This document shows positions 46,267 to 56,908 of a stretch of 64,000 nt of DNA, piece by piece. Every line of letters begins with the position of its first letter. The stretch's first letter is position 1. The stretch lies in contig JALEGK010000022.1 in assembly GCA_022763105.1 (NCBI GenBank), positions 1,198 through 65,197 on the forward strand. Reading direction: 5' to 3'. The notes under the pieces were generated by a model that ran no database searches, was not told the origin of the DNA, and saw only the letters and a list, made by a program, of their open reading frames with translations. The position numbers and the translations under genes are program-made. The DNA is from Rickettsiales bacterium (lineage in GTDB: Bacteria; Pseudomonadota; Alphaproteobacteria; Rickettsiales; UBA3002).

Positions 46267-47559
46267 TTATTTTTCCAAGCGTTTTCTGACGGATAGGGCG
46301 TGCGCACCTAATCCCTCGCTATCGGCGAGGTGTGCGGCTTGATGTCCAATTGCCTGAATTGAGTCTGCCGTGCAGCGAATCAGCGAGCTTTTCTTGATGA
46401 AGTTATTGACGGATAAGCCTGAAGAGAAGCGCGCAGTCTGCGATGTAGGCAATACGTGTGATGGTCCGGCCAGATAATCGCCAATGGCTTCTGGCGTGTG
46501 GCGGCCTAAGAAAATCGCGCCAGCATGGCGCACACCTTGCGCAAATTCTTCTGGATTATCGATGGCGAGTTCTAAATGCTCTGGGGCGATGCGGTTAATG
46601 AGCGGGATCGCATCTGTTAAGCTATCGACTGTGATAATCGCGCCGAAATCCTGCCAAGACTGGCTTGCAATCTCGCTACGCTCTAGGGTTTTGAGCAATG
46701 CATCGATAGCACGGCTGACCTGATTGGCATATTCCACGCTATCGGTAATGAGGATCGATTGGGCCATCGGGTCATGCTCGGCCTGAGACATGAGATCGGC
46801 GGCCATCCATTCCGGATCATTTTTATCATCGGCAACTACCAGAATTTCGGATGGACCAGCGATCATATCGATGCCGACGGCTCCAAATACCTGACGTTTT
46901 GCTTCGGCGACATAGGCATTGCCGGGCCCGACGATGGATGCGACGCGCGGAATGCTATCGGTACCAAAGGCAAGGGCCGCCACTGCTTGTGCGCCGCCAA
47001 CGCGGTAAATCGCATCGACCTCAGAGAGTTTTGCTGCCGCAATCACCACCGGATTGATGATGCCATGCGGGGTGGGGACCACCATCTGGACACGTTCAAC
47101 CCCTGCGACTTTTGCCGGGATGGCGTTATGCATGACAGAGCTTGGGTAGGTGGCGCGGCCACCGGGCACGTAAATGCCGACCGCATCGATTGGACGCCAG
47201 CGCCAGCCAAGGCCTGTGCCTGTCTCATCGATATAATATTCATCGGATGGCAACTGTTTTTCGTGATAGCGTTTCAAGCGCCCTGCCGCGAGTTTCAGCG
47301 CATCGAGTGTTTCGTCGGGGCAGTCTTTAATGGCCGTATCGATTTCTTCTTCAGATAGCTCAATGCTGGTTTCGCTTAAATCTAAGTGATCGAATTGCTG
47401 GGTGTAATTCTTCAGCGCGTCATCGCCATTGATGCGCACATCGGCAATGATATTGGCGACCGCTTCGGTAATTTGAGCGGGTGCCGCCTCGCGCATATCG
47501 AGCAGGCGCTTAAAGCTAGCTTCGAAATCCAGCTCGTTTGCATCAAGCCGCAAGGTCAC
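46267..47559 (-). CDS. hisD: Histidinol dehydrogenase
   Basis: [47 protein letters not shown]. Confidence 0.96.
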   Translation of the reverse strand: MTLRLDANELDFEASFKRLLDMREAAPAQITEAVANIIADVRINGDDALKNYTQQFDHLDLSETSIELSEEEIDTAIKDCPDETLDALKLAAGRLKRYHEKQLPSDEYYIDETGTGLGWRWRPIDAVGIYVPGGRATYPSSVMHNAIPAKVAGVERVQMVVPTPHGIINPVVIAAAKLSEVDAIYRVGGAQAVAALAFGTDSIPRVASIVGPGNAYVAEAKRQVFGAVGIDMIAGPSEILVVADDKNDPEWMAADLMSQAEHDPMAQSILITDSVEYANQVSRAIDALLKTLERSEIASQSWQDFGAIITVDSLTDAIPLINRIAPEHLELAIDNPEEFAQGVRHAGAIFLGRHTPEAIGDYLAGPSHVLPTSQTARFSSGLSVNNFIKKSSLIRCTADSIQAIGHQAAHLADSEGLGAHALSVRKRLEK

Positions 47560-48205
47560 GGAGTGCTCCTTCGAATTGCTCGATTAACGGGTTGAGCCGG
47601 TCAGCTTGCGTTTTTAATGCAGTGCGGTTGACGATTAAACGTGAAGAGACTTCGCGCAGCACCTCGACTTCAACCAAACCATTGGCTTTTAGCGTGCCAC
47701 CAGATGAGACCAAATCGACGATGCGTTCACACATGCCGAGTGTGGGTGCGAGCTCCATTGCGCCATTGAGTTTAATGCATTCTGCCTGCACGCCGCGCTC
47801 AGCAAAATACGATTTGGTGAGGTTCGGGTATTTGGTGGCAATACGAATGTGACTCCATTGGCTTGGATCATCTGTGGAGGCGATGTCAGCCATTTCCGCA
47901 ACCGATAGGCGGCATTTACCGATGCCAAGATCAATAGGCGCGTAGAGTTCGGGGTAGTCAAATTCATCGAGCACGTCACTACCAACAACGCCAATCTGCG
48001 CAGCGCCTTGAGCAACAAAGGTTGCAACATCAAAGCTGCGTACTCGAATGATAGAGAAGTCATCGTGGTTGGTAGCGAATTGTAATGAGCGGTTGCTGCT
48101 GTCAAAGAACGCACCTTCGGGGAAGATGCCGACCTTGTCGAGCATCGGTTTTAACTCGTCATAGATGCGTCCTTTCGGGATCGCAAAAATCAATGGCTTG
48201 CTCAT
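47543..48205 (-). CDS. hisG: ATP phosphoribosyltransferase, short form
   Basis: [39 protein letters not shown]. At 220 aa it lacks the C-terminal regulatory domain. Confidence 0.93.
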   Translation of the reverse strand: MSKPLIFAIPKGRIYDELKPMLDKVGIFPEGAFFDSSNRSLQFATNHDDFSIIRVRSFDVATFVAQGAAQIGVVGSDVLDEFDYPELYAPIDLGIGKCRLSVAEMADIASTDDPSQWSHIRIATKYPNLTKSYFAERGVQAECIKLNGAMELAPTLGMCERIVDLVSSGGTLKANGLVEVEVLREVSSRLIVNRTALKTQADRLNPLIEQFEGALRDLAA

Positions 48206-49476
48206 TATTCTACTCGTTCTATTTCGGCGCCACAGGCTGCCAGTTTTTCTTCTAACCGCTCGTAGCCGCGGTCTAGATGGTATACGCGGTGTATCACAGT
48301 CTCACCTTTGGCTGCAAGTGCAGCAATTGCTAAGCAAACCGATGCGCGCAAGTCGGTTGCCATGACTTCGGCGCCGCGCAGCTCGTTCACGCCTTTGATA
48401 TGCGCCATGCGACGGTCTATCGCAATATTAGCGCCCATACGTGTGAGTTCTGGTACGTGCATGTAGCGATTTTCAAAAATGGTCTCAGTAATGTGTGACT
48501 CGCCGTCAGCCATGCTTAGCAGCGCCATGATCTGCGCCTGCATATCGGTTGGGAAACCGGGATAAGGGTCGGTCACGATATTGGCAGGCTGTAAAGGCCC
48601 ATCTTTTTTGGTCACTTTAATGCCAAGATCGGTCTCTTCAATGGCAACACCGACATTATTCAGCACTTGAATAAGTGCACCTGAGGTGTATGCCTGCGCA
48701 TTTTGTAGCAGCACTTCGCCGCCTGTTAGGCCGATCATGCAAAGATAGGAGCCTGTCTCGATGCGATCCGCAATGACGCGGTGTGATGCGCCTTTGAGCG
48801 ATTTCACGCCCTTAATGGTCAGCGTGTTGCTGTCAATGCCGGTAATATCGGCGCCCATTGCATTTAGCAGATTGGCGAGATCACCAATTTCTGGCTCTTG
48901 TGCTGCGTTGCGCAGGATGGTGGTGCCATCGGCTAAGCTTGCAGCCATCAAGATGTTCTCGGTTGCACCAACAGAGACTTGCTCGAAGGTGATGTCGGCG
49001 CCTTTGAGGCCGTCTTTGGTGCGGGCATCGACGTAACCCTCTTCCAGCGTGATGTCGGCACCCATTTGCTCTAGTGCTTTGAGGTGCAAATCGATCGGGC
49101 GCGAGCCAATGGCGCAACCGCCCGGCAATGACACGCGTGCGCGGCCAAAACGGCCAAGCAGAGGCCCAAGCACAAGCACAGAAGCGCGCATGGTGCGGAC
49201 AATATCGTACGGTGCGGTCAGGTTGGGGATTTGGCCAGCATCGAGTGTGATGGTGCGGCCCTGATCGTTGGGTTCATGCATCATGACATGCACGCCATGC
49301 TGGGCGAGCAGTTTCGCCATGGTGGTGATGTCGCGTAGATAAGGGATATTGGATAGGGTAATCGGCTCTTCGGAAAGCAGACAAGCGGCCATAAGCGGTA
49401 GGGCCGCGTTTTTAGCGCCACCTACGCGAATTGTGCCCGAAATCGGACGTCCACCAACAATACGAAGTTTATCCAT
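48205..49476 (-). CDS. murA: UDP-N-acetylglucosamine 1-carboxyvinyltransferase
   Basis: [31 protein letters not shown]; [16 protein letters not shown]. Confidence 0.97.
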   Translation of the reverse strand: MDKLRIVGGRPISGTIRVGGAKNAALPLMAACLLSEEPITLSNIPYLRDITTMAKLLAQHGVHVMMHEPNDQGRTITLDAGQIPNLTAPYDIVRTMRASVLVLGPLLGRFGRARVSLPGGCAIGSRPIDLHLKALEQMGADITLEEGYVDARTKDGLKGADITFEQVSVGATENILMAASLADGTTILRNAAQEPEIGDLANLLNAMGADITGIDSNTLTIKGVKSLKGASHRVIADRIETGSYLCMIGLTGGEVLLQNAQAYTSGALIQVLNNVGVAIEETDLGIKVTKKDGPLQPANIVTDPYPGFPTDMQAQIMALLSMADGESHITETIFENRYMHVPELTRMGANIAIDRRMAHIKGVNELRGAEVMATDLRASVCLAIAALAAKGETVIHRVYHLDRGYERLEEKLAACGAEIERVE

Positions 49477-49533
49477 GCCCTCTCATAGGCAATTAGGGCC
49501 TAAATGAAAACCAAAAAGCGATGATTTGCGGCT

Positions 49534-49827
49534 TTAGCGGCAGTAAATGGTCTGTTCTTGCGGGGTGTAGATGCCGAAGGTGACAATACCGAGCAAATAG
49601 TTCAGCGCACTATGCTTGGTTTCCGTTGCGGCAACACGCTGGATACCACCGCAGACATGTGCAGCGCTGGTCTCTTTCTTTTGCGCTAGGCCGCTAATGA
49701 AATAATCATTGTCGGTTTTTACGGCGCGGGTGCCCTGAATGGTGTTCGAGCTCACATAATGGCGCGTGGTCATGCAGCCAGTGGCTAGAAGTGAAATGGC
49801 TAGCATTAATGCGATGGAAGCTTTCAT
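49534..49827 (-). CDS. Bor/Iss-family outer-membrane lipoprotein
   Basis: Lipobox LLATGC. FISGLAQKKETSAAHVCGG...TETKHSALNYLLGIVTFGIYTPQEQTIYC is colinear with lambda Bor (FVSGIGQKK..AKICGG..TETQQTFVNGLLGFITLGIYTP..VYC). Confidence 0.8.
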   Translation of the reverse strand: MKASIALMLAISLLATGCMTTRHYVSSNTIQGTRAVKTDNDYFISGLAQKKETSAAHVCGGIQRVAATETKHSALNYLLGIVTFGIYTPQEQTIYCR

Positions 49828-49895
49828 GGCTTTCTCCTATTCCGTGTCAATTCGCGTCTAGATAAACGCATGGACTGCAAAATTGCAAATGTAAA

Positions 49896-50462
49896 CTAGC
49901 CAGCCTTTTCCACGCGCGGCAGGGTGACGCCTTCTTGCCCCTGATATTTGCCTTTGCGGTCTGCGTATGAGACTTCGCACATTGATTCGCCTTTGAGGAA
50001 GAGAAACTGGCACGCACCCTCATTGGCGTAGATTTTGGCTGGAAGGGGCGTGGTGTTAGAAAATTCGAGCGTGACATGGCCTTCCCACTCTGGCTCTAGC
50101 GGGGTGACATTGACGATAATGCCGCAGCGCGCATAGGTGGATTTGCCCAAACAGATCACCAGCGTGTCGCGCGGGATGCGGAAATATTCAACCGTACGCG
50201 CAAGGGCAAAGCTGTTTGGCGGGATGATGCAAACATCGCTTTTGCGATCGACGAAGCTTTGGGTGGAGAAATTTTTTGGGTCGACAGTGGCCGAATCAAC
50301 ATTGGTGAAAATCTTGAATTCATCGGAGACACGGGCATCGTAGCCGTAAGATGATAATCCGTAAGAAATGACGTTTTCGCGTTGTAGATTTTCTACAAAT
50401 GGGTCGATCATTTTGGCGCTTTGGGCTTGTTCGCGAATCCAGCTATCGGGCATGATGGGCAT
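49896..50462 (-). CDS. dcd: dCTP deaminase
   Basis: [57 protein letters not shown]. Confidence 0.95.
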   Translation of the reverse strand: MPIMPDSWIREQAQSAKMIDPFVENLQRENVISYGLSSYGYDARVSDEFKIFTNVDSATVDPKNFSTQSFVDRKSDVCIIPPNSFALARTVEYFRIPRDTLVICLGKSTYARCGIIVNVTPLEPEWEGHVTLEFSNTTPLPAKIYANEGACQFLFLKGESMCEVSYADRKGKYQGQEGVTLPRVEKAG

Positions 50463-50507
50463 AGTGATGCTTCCTTAAATCGTCTTCTTTACCGTCGTCG
50501 AAGATAG

Positions 50508-50583
50508 TGGTGCCGATTGTCGGAATCGAACCAACGACCTGATGCTTACAAGGCAACTGCTCTACCAACTGAGCTAAATCGGC
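50508..50583 (-). tRNA. tRNA-Thr (anticodon TGT)
   Basis: Reverse complement: GCCGATT-TA-GCTC-AGTTGGTA-GAGC-A-GTTGC-CTTGTAA-GCATC-AGGTC-GTTGG-TTCGATT-CCGAC-AATCGGC-A-CCA. There is one U-U mismatch in the anticodon stem. Confidence 0.88.
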
Positions 50584-50639
50584 ACGAATGTATGTCTAAC
50601 GAATATGGATGCAGGCTGCAAGCCCTTTAAATAGCAGGT

Positions 50640-52007
50640 TTAAGAGCTGCTATATTCGCCTGAGTCAAGCCAGCTGCGGTGGTTTTCAGGGCGACCGAAA
50701 TAGTATCCTTGCTGATACTCAACGCCCAGATCCATCAAGACTTTTGCGATGTCACCGGTTTCAACAAACTCTGCAACGGCCTCTAGGCCGAAGCCTTTGG
50801 TGAAGTCGAGCAAGGTTTTCACGAAGAAACGGTTATCGTAATTATCGACCAGATCCTTGATGAAGGCGCCGTCAATTTTCACCAGATCAACCGATAAGCT
50901 TTTGAGCTGGCGGAATGAAGTATAGCCTGAGCCGAAATCATCAAGTGCCACTAGACAGCCATGCGCTTGAATTTCTGCAACGAAATAAGCGGTTTGGCTT
51001 AGGTCTAACTGTGCCGCGGTCTCGGTAATTTCAACGATACAACGCGGTGCAATTTCTGGGGTTTCCTTCATGTAATATTGGAAATCTTCCAGCCATTTTG
51101 GATTTTGCGTTGTGATGTTTGAGACATTAAATGCCAGTTTCACTGAATCATGCGCGCGAAGTTCTTTGACCACGCGAGCTAAGGTGAAATCATCGATCTT
51201 ATCGATGAGGCCCATACGCTCTGCGATTGGCACTAATGCGCCAGCGGAGGTAATCTTGCCCTCATCGGTACGCATACGAAGCAGGGCTTCATAATGCGAA
51301 ATTGCGCCATCTTTTGATGAAATAATTGGCTGATATGCCATTTGCAGGCGATCTTCACGGATTGCTTTGCTTAAATAATTCGCCAGCGCCATTTCTTGAC
51401 GGCTGGTTGCTGATAAATCTTGGCTTTCATCGAGCTGGCGGATGTACGAACCCGTACCTTCGCGCAGTGCGATGAAGCTTTTATCCAGCGCATCTTCTGC
51501 GGTGCTGCATTGCTCTGGGAACATGATATGTGCAATAGAGCTGGTGATATGTAGCGAGCCAATATCGGCATAACAGCTGAAATGCTGAATATGCGAAACA
51601 ATACGCTCAGATAGATACTGCACTTCTTTCGCTTCGGCATTTTTGAGCACTATACCAAGCTGGTCGCGTTGAATGCGATTGACTGAATCGCTGTGTCCGA
51701 CGATCTCACAGACTTCATGTTTGATTTGCTGCATGACTTTTTCAGATGTGTCATGGCCGTGACCACTCATGATCATGGCTAAATTTTCAATGGAGATAAC
51801 GAGCAACGCACCAGGCTTATTGCTTGTTTGAGATTCAGCGATAGCATCTTGCAGCAGGGTGACGAAACGTTCAGGATAGCTGGCAGAAGTCATACGATCA
51901 AACTCGTTGCCCTGTCCATTTGCTTGTTCTTGCGTCGCATTGTCCGTCATAACCGCTAAACCCTGCGCATGCTCGCTGTCTTTTGCAGACATGTTTGGCA
52001 CGCCCAT
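50640..52007 (-). CDS. Degenerate GGDEF-like domain plus EAL domain protein (predicted c-di-GMP phosphodiesterase)
   Basis: EAL signature residues are present (YEALLR, FNVS, EITE, DDFGSGYTS, KIDG, EFVET, QGYYFGRP). In the upstream domain RDQLG replaces GGDEF. Confidence 0.85.
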   Translation of the reverse strand: MGVPNMSAKDSEHAQGLAVMTDNATQEQANGQGNEFDRMTSASYPERFVTLLQDAIAESQTSNKPGALLVISIENLAMIMSGHGHDTSEKVMQQIKHEVCEIVGHSDSVNRIQRDQLGIVLKNAEAKEVQYLSERIVSHIQHFSCYADIGSLHITSSIAHIMFPEQCSTAEDALDKSFIALREGTGSYIRQLDESQDLSATSRQEMALANYLSKAIREDRLQMAYQPIISSKDGAISHYEALLRMRTDEGKITSAGALVPIAERMGLIDKIDDFTLARVVKELRAHDSVKLAFNVSNITTQNPKWLEDFQYYMKETPEIAPRCIVEITETAAQLDLSQTAYFVAEIQAHGCLVALDDFGSGYTSFRQLKSLSVDLVKIDGAFIKDLVDNYDNRFFVKTLLDFTKGFGLEAVAEFVETGDIAKVLMDLGVEYQQGYYFGRPENHRSWLDSGEYSSS

Positions 52008-52083
52008 TTCACCTCCAAAATGATTTTGTCTTTTATGTTCTTTTATTCAGTATGTCGTGAAAAAGTAAAAAAAGCGCTAAATT

Positions 52084-52959
52084 TTAGAGAGCTTTTTCAA
52101 GGATGATCGATAAAAAAACCATGCCCCCTAACCACTTGTTTGAGCGGAAGATTTCTAGACAAATGTGAGGTTTTTCAATATCTAAGCGGTGGATTTGCCA
52201 GATGAAATGGGCCATAGGGGCGACCAGGCTCACGAAAAAAACTTCAGAATATTGCAAAATAAACCCGGCAACGGCGATGAGCGTGATGGTGAGGAAGTAA
52301 AATAGGCCTGCCGCCAGTATGGTGGATTTGCCAAATAGAATGGCCGTGGATTTGACGCCAATGGCCAAATCGTCGGTAATATCCTGATGGGCGTAGATGG
52401 TGTCATAGCCCAGTGTCCAGAAGAAGCCAGCAGCATACAGCAGCCAAGCGCCTAATGCTGGCTCGCCGTGAATCGCAACCCAACCGATGATAGCCCCCGC
52501 ATTGAAGGTGAGGCCTAAGAAAGCCTGCGGCCACCAGGTAATGCGTTTCATGAACGGGTAGGCGGCAACGAGTAACAAAGACGCAGCGGCCCAAAACAGC
52601 ACATTGGGGTGCATGGGAAGAAGTAGCCATGCGGATAGGCCGATGAGTAGCGTGATAAAGGTGATGGCCTGATAGGGGCTGAGCGTGCCAGCCGCTAAAG
52701 GCCGTGTCTTTGTACGCTCGACTTGTTTGTCGATATCACGGTCAATCAGGTCATTCACCGCACAGCCAGCCGAGCGCATGAGCACCGCGCCCGCAAAGAA
52801 TAACAGCAGTAATGTTGGGTTGGGAATGCCATCACTTGCCATGGCGATTGACCACCAGCAAGGCCACATCAGTAACCAAATTCCTATAGGGCGGTTTAAT
52901 CTGGCAAGTTCGATATAGGGTTTTAATCGCATAGCATTGTTTCTTGGATCCAATGTCAC
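52084..52959 (-). CDS. ubiA: 4-hydroxybenzoate polyprenyltransferase
   Basis: NDLIDRDIDKQVERTKTRPLAAG, YAHQDITDD; about 9 TM helices. Confidence 0.92.
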   Translation of the reverse strand: MTLDPRNNAMRLKPYIELARLNRPIGIWLLMWPCWWSIAMASDGIPNPTLLLLFFAGAVLMRSAGCAVNDLIDRDIDKQVERTKTRPLAAGTLSPYQAITFITLLIGLSAWLLLPMHPNVLFWAAASLLLVAAYPFMKRITWWPQAFLGLTFNAGAIIGWVAIHGEPALGAWLLYAAGFFWTLGYDTIYAHQDITDDLAIGVKSTAILFGKSTILAAGLFYFLTITLIAVAGFILQYSEVFFVSLVAPMAHFIWQIHRLDIEKPHICLEIFRSNKWLGGMVFLSIILEKAL

Positions 52960-52992
52960 TACATTGAGTCCAGCATTACCTTAGGAGCTTGC

Positions 52993-53754
52993 ATGGCGTC
53001 TAGCCCGAAAATCCGATTATGTGTAGAGCATGGTTTAAGCGCTGGGATTCAATTTGAATTGGTTGATGAGCAGGCTAATTATGTGGCGCGTGTGATGCGC
53101 GCAAAAAGTGGCGACAGGTTAGCACTGTTTAATGGCAAAGACGGTGAATGGTCGGCAACGATATTGGAGGCATCGCGCAAACGTGTGCATGTTCGCATCG
53201 ATGAATGCCTCAGAGAATATATTGCGCCACCACAGGTGTGGATGTGTTTTGCGCCGATTAAATTTGGCCGCATTGATTATTTAGCGCAAAAAGTGACCGA
53301 GCTGGGCGCGGCGCATATTCAGCCAGTGCTTACCCAATATACCCAAGCGGACCGTGTGAACAAGAAGCGCTTGCGTGGCAATATGGTGGAAGCGGCAGAA
53401 CAATGCGAGCGTGTGGAAGTGCCTGAACTGCACGAACCTATCGGGTTGCGCGAGTTGCTAGCTGAATGGCCGAAAGATCGACCACTTTATTTTGGCGATG
53501 AGCGCGGGGCAGGCATTGAAGGTAAGGCAATCTTTGATGAGCCAAAGCCAAAAGAATGGGGTATTTTGATTGGGCCGGAAGGTGGCTTCTCGCCAGAAGA
53601 GCATGAGCTGTTGCAGTTAATGCCATTTACCAAAGCAGTCAATCTAGGTCCGCGAATTTTGCGCGCGGATACGGCAGCGCTGACGTTGCTCAGTTTAACG
53701 CAATGTGCGTTTGGTGATTGGCATATTGCCCCGCACTTTTCATTTCACGATTAG
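52993..53754 (+). CDS. rsmE: 16S rRNA (uracil1498-N3)-methyltransferase
   Basis: HYVARVMR-type N-terminus (NYVARVMRAKSGD), AAEQCER, ILIGPEGGFSPEE, LGPRILRADTA. Confidence 0.9.
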   Translation: MASSPKIRLCVEHGLSAGIQFELVDEQANYVARVMRAKSGDRLALFNGKDGEWSATILEASRKRVHVRIDECLREYIAPPQVWMCFAPIKFGRIDYLAQKVTELGAAHIQPVLTQYTQADRVNKKRLRGNMVEAAEQCERVEVPELHEPIGLRELLAEWPKDRPLYFGDERGAGIEGKAIFDEPKPKEWGILIGPEGGFSPEEHELLQLMPFTKAVNLGPRILRADTAALTLLSLTQCAFGDWHIAPHFSFHD

Positions 53755-53771
53755 GAGTCTATAAGCGATCT

Positions 53772-55016
53772 ATGTCTACTGTCATTCCGCTACTGCTAGA
53801 AAAACTCGAATCGCGCCACAGCGATATTCAGCAATGGTTTGAAAAAGCCTACGAGAAGCATCCGCCTAATTTTTATAGCTCGGTTGATCTGCGCCATAGC
53901 GGGCACAAACTGGTGCCGGTGGATACGAATTTATTTCCTGCCGGATTTAATCATCTGTCAGATGCTGCGAATCAGCGTGCAGTTGAGCAGATTCATGAAT
54001 TTATTGAGCATACCGGCAAGCCGATCAACAAAGTGCTGATTGTGCCTGAAAATCATACGCGCAATGTTGGCTATCTCGATAATCTGCAAGCGCTGCGTCA
54101 GTTGTTTGTCTATGCCGGTTTGGACGTGATGCTGGGAAGTCTAACGGCAGAGGAAGAGCCGCTGGAGTTGGAAGTGTCTGATGGCACGACCATTACGCAA
54201 TGTCCACTGGTGAAGGATGGTAACCGCCTGAAAACATCGAAAGGATATGAGCCGGATTTGATTGTCATGAATAATGACATGGTGGCAGGCTCGCCTGAGA
54301 TTTTGCGCGGGGTGACGCAATGTATTGTGCCGCCAACGGGTAAGGGGTGGTATCGTCGCAAGAAGTCGATTCACTTTGATGCTTATGCTCAAGTCGCAAA
54401 AGAATTCGCTGCATTTTTGGACATCGACCCATGGCTGATTGCTGCGCAATTCCATAAATGTGGTCGCATCAATTTCAAAGAAAAGCAAGGCATGGAATGT
54501 GTTGCAATTGGCGTTGAGAGGGTGCTTACAAAAGTGCGTGCGAAGTACGAAGAGTATGGCATTGAACAAGAGCCTTACGTATTCATCAAAGCCGATAGCG
54601 GCACCTATGGTATGGGTATTATGACGGTGCGTTCTGGCGAAGAGCTGGGCGAGCTCAATAAGAAGATTCGCAATAAAATGAACGTCATCAAAGAAGGCGT
54701 GCAAAGCACCGAAGTGATGATACAGGAAGGTGTGCCGACGATTGATGCGATTGAGTCTTCATCGGCTGAACCGATGTTGTATCTGGTGAATGGCCGTGCG
54801 GTGGGTGGTGCGTATCGCGTCAATGATGAGCGTGATGCTTATGCGAATTTAAATTCAAAAGGTATGAGCTTTAAAGGCATGTGCGACGAGTCAGAGAAAA
54901 GCGATGCAGATCATACGCAGGTGAAATATTGCGATTTTGGTGTGTTGGGTATGATTGCGCAATTGGCGACGCTGGCTGCATCACGCGAAGAATATGGCGA
55001 TAATTATAGTATCTGA
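53772..55016 (+). CDS. gshA: Glutamate--cysteine ligase, rare Acidithiobacillus ferrooxidans-type family (assignment from memory)
   Basis: PPNFYSSVDLRHSGHKLVPVDTNLFPAGFNHL, FIKADSGTYGMGIM. The ATG at 53772 avoids overlap with rsmE; the ORF stays open to 53718. Confidence 0.6.
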   Translation: MSTVIPLLLEKLESRHSDIQQWFEKAYEKHPPNFYSSVDLRHSGHKLVPVDTNLFPAGFNHLSDAANQRAVEQIHEFIEHTGKPINKVLIVPENHTRNVGYLDNLQALRQLFVYAGLDVMLGSLTAEEEPLELEVSDGTTITQCPLVKDGNRLKTSKGYEPDLIVMNNDMVAGSPEILRGVTQCIVPPTGKGWYRRKKSIHFDAYAQVAKEFAAFLDIDPWLIAAQFHKCGRINFKEKQGMECVAIGVERVLTKVRAKYEEYGIEQEPYVFIKADSGTYGMGIMTVRSGEELGELNKKIRNKMNVIKEGVQSTEVMIQEGVPTIDAIESSSAEPMLYLVNGRAVGGAYRVNDERDAYANLNSKGMSFKGMCDESEKSDADHTQVKYCDFGVLGMIAQLATLAASREEYGDNYSI

Positions 55017-56735
55017 TTAGTGGTTCAGTACGCGCTCAGCAGGTAGGCTGATGGTGACGGTGGTACCTTCGCCGACTTTACTGGTTAGGCCCAATTTACC
55101 ACCATGCAATTCTGCAAACATTTTACATAGCGGCAGACCAAGGCCCGTTCCTTCATGACTTTGGTTACGGTGAACCTGACCGAATACTGATAGCGCTTTT
55201 TGAATCTCTGCTTCTGGAATACCGATACCGGTATCGGTAACCGATAGATGCATGGCACCGTTACGATCCTGGCGTGCCGTCATGGTGATAGTGCCGCCTT
55301 CAGGGGTGAATTTGATCGAGTTCGAAAGCAGGTTCAGTAGCACTTGGCGAATCTTACGCTTATCGGCCAGCACATGTGGCAGCACGCTATTAATGTCGAG
55401 CTTGATGGTGATTTGTTTGCCGCGAGCCTTCTCATTGATGATACGCATACATTCATCCATGATCTCTGGCACATCAACATTCTCTTCGATCAGCTCTAGC
55501 TTACCAGCCTCACCTTTAGAGAATTCAAGGATGTCACTGATCAGTTGTAGCAGGTGGCTACCGCAGAGGTTGATATCGTGAATACGTTCTTTTTGTTTCT
55601 CATTCAGCTCACCAAAATAACCGGCATTGATCATCTCGGAGAAACCGATAATCGCATTGAGCGGTGTGCGTAATTCGTGCGACATGTTCGCCAAAAATTC
55701 GGACTTGGCCTGACTCGCTAGAATCGCCGCACTCTCTGATTCTTCGACGCGGACAATCTGTTTTGCCATGGTCAGTGCGAAGAAGGATAACACCGAGCCG
55801 AATATGGTGAAGATGGCGAGGAAGCTGATATCTTTGATACGTGCATCGCGCCAGCCTTTTAAGAAATCCTGCTCATCGATCACGACAGTGACATAGATCG
55901 GCAGGTTCTTCAGGAAGCGATAGGAGAATACTTTGATCGTGTCCTTGATAGTTTGCGTGTCACTATGCACGTCTAAGCTTTTGCGATTTTTGCTGGCGCT
56001 TTCATGCACATGTGCGAGCACCATGGCGCTATTATCTATTTTATCTAGTGGCCCGCTGAATAGCTTTTTACCGTTTTGCAGTACCAATGACATAAAACGG
56101 TGTGTGCCCTTATCAACGGAGCGGAAGAATTCCAGGAAGAAGCTTGGGTCAACAGCGGCAATGACCACACCGCCAAAGCTGCCATCGAGCTTGTTCATCT
56201 GACGACTGATGAGGATCAGATCTTCTTTATCTTCTGATTGTGGTGCGATGGCGAAGCTGCGCGACTCATCATTTTTCAGCGATAGGAATACTGGGTGGCT
56301 GCCATAGGTTTTGGTGTAGCGGATGCGGGTCTGGTAGCCGCGTTTGAACGCAGCAATTCGTATGTTGCCGACTTCATCGACGATCATGATGGAGGCAATT
56401 TGCGGGGTTTCATCGACCCATAAGCGCAAATTATGCTCAATATCCTGCATCAGATTATTGCCAAATAACAAATTGAAGTAATGGCGCTCTACTACGCGTC
56501 GCAGGGTTAAATCGACAGCCAAGAATGTTAGCTCGATCTGGTCGGCGAGAATAGTGGTGAGTCGGTCCGCGTTGGCGCGGCCATCTTCGATAGATGTTTC
56601 GTAGGCTTTGGATGCTTGATAGACAACGAATACGCAGAATAGCAGCATGATCAGTGAGCTGAATGCAATCAGCGTTCTGACTTTTGGCGGGCGCGTCTTC
56701 GTCCGCTCTATTTTCTGCTCTTCGACCTCTTCCAT
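55017..56735 (-). CDS. Membrane sensor histidine kinase (periplasmic sensor domain, HisKA, HATPase_c)
   Basis: Two TMs flank a domain of about 270 aa. H box SHELRTPLNAIIGFSEM, N box LLNLLSNSIKFT, G boxes DTGIGI / GTGLGL. Confidence 0.9.
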   Translation of the reverse strand: MEEVEEQKIERTKTRPPKVRTLIAFSSLIMLLFCVFVVYQASKAYETSIEDGRANADRLTTILADQIELTFLAVDLTLRRVVERHYFNLLFGNNLMQDIEHNLRLWVDETPQIASIMIVDEVGNIRIAAFKRGYQTRIRYTKTYGSHPVFLSLKNDESRSFAIAPQSEDKEDLILISRQMNKLDGSFGGVVIAAVDPSFFLEFFRSVDKGTHRFMSLVLQNGKKLFSGPLDKIDNSAMVLAHVHESASKNRKSLDVHSDTQTIKDTIKVFSYRFLKNLPIYVTVVIDEQDFLKGWRDARIKDISFLAIFTIFGSVLSFFALTMAKQIVRVEESESAAILASQAKSEFLANMSHELRTPLNAIIGFSEMINAGYFGELNEKQKERIHDINLCGSHLLQLISDILEFSKGEAGKLELIEENVDVPEIMDECMRIINEKARGKQITIKLDINSVLPHVLADKRKIRQVLLNLLSNSIKFTPEGGTITMTARQDRNGAMHLSVTDTGIGIPEAEIQKALSVFGQVHRNQSHEGTGLGLPLCKMFAELHGGKLGLTSKVGEGTTVTISLPAERVLNH

Positions 56736-56908
56736 GCGTAATCTTTTGTTTTATTTATAAATTTTTATACTCTCACTCATGCTTTTTGCCCTTTTGGGGT
56801 AGCATTCAAGCCATATTGTTGGGCAATAAGGTTAAATTAACGCTAACAAACCCTTACCAATTCCTTTAGAGATGAAAGAAAAGCAATTTGTGACATGAAA
56901 GAGACGCG

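Noticed and set aside
46759-47358. 199-aa + strand ORF, with neighbouring + strand ORFs at 46484-46723 and 46851-47057
   Set aside because: It lies entirely antisense to hisD, whose translation has unmistakable histidinol dehydrogenase motifs. Its composition (Arg/Cys/His/Gly-rich) is typical of a shadow ORF.
50508-50583. U28-U42 mismatch in the tRNA-Thr anticodon stem as evidence of a pseudogene
   Set aside because: All other stems, the conserved D/T-loop nucleotides, the discriminator and the encoded CCA are intact. Single anticodon-stem mismatches occur in functional tRNAs.
54141-54704. 187-aa minus-strand ORF
   Set aside because: It is antisense within the gshA-like gene and has a low-complexity, His/Arg/Phe-rich composition. 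It is a shadow ORF.
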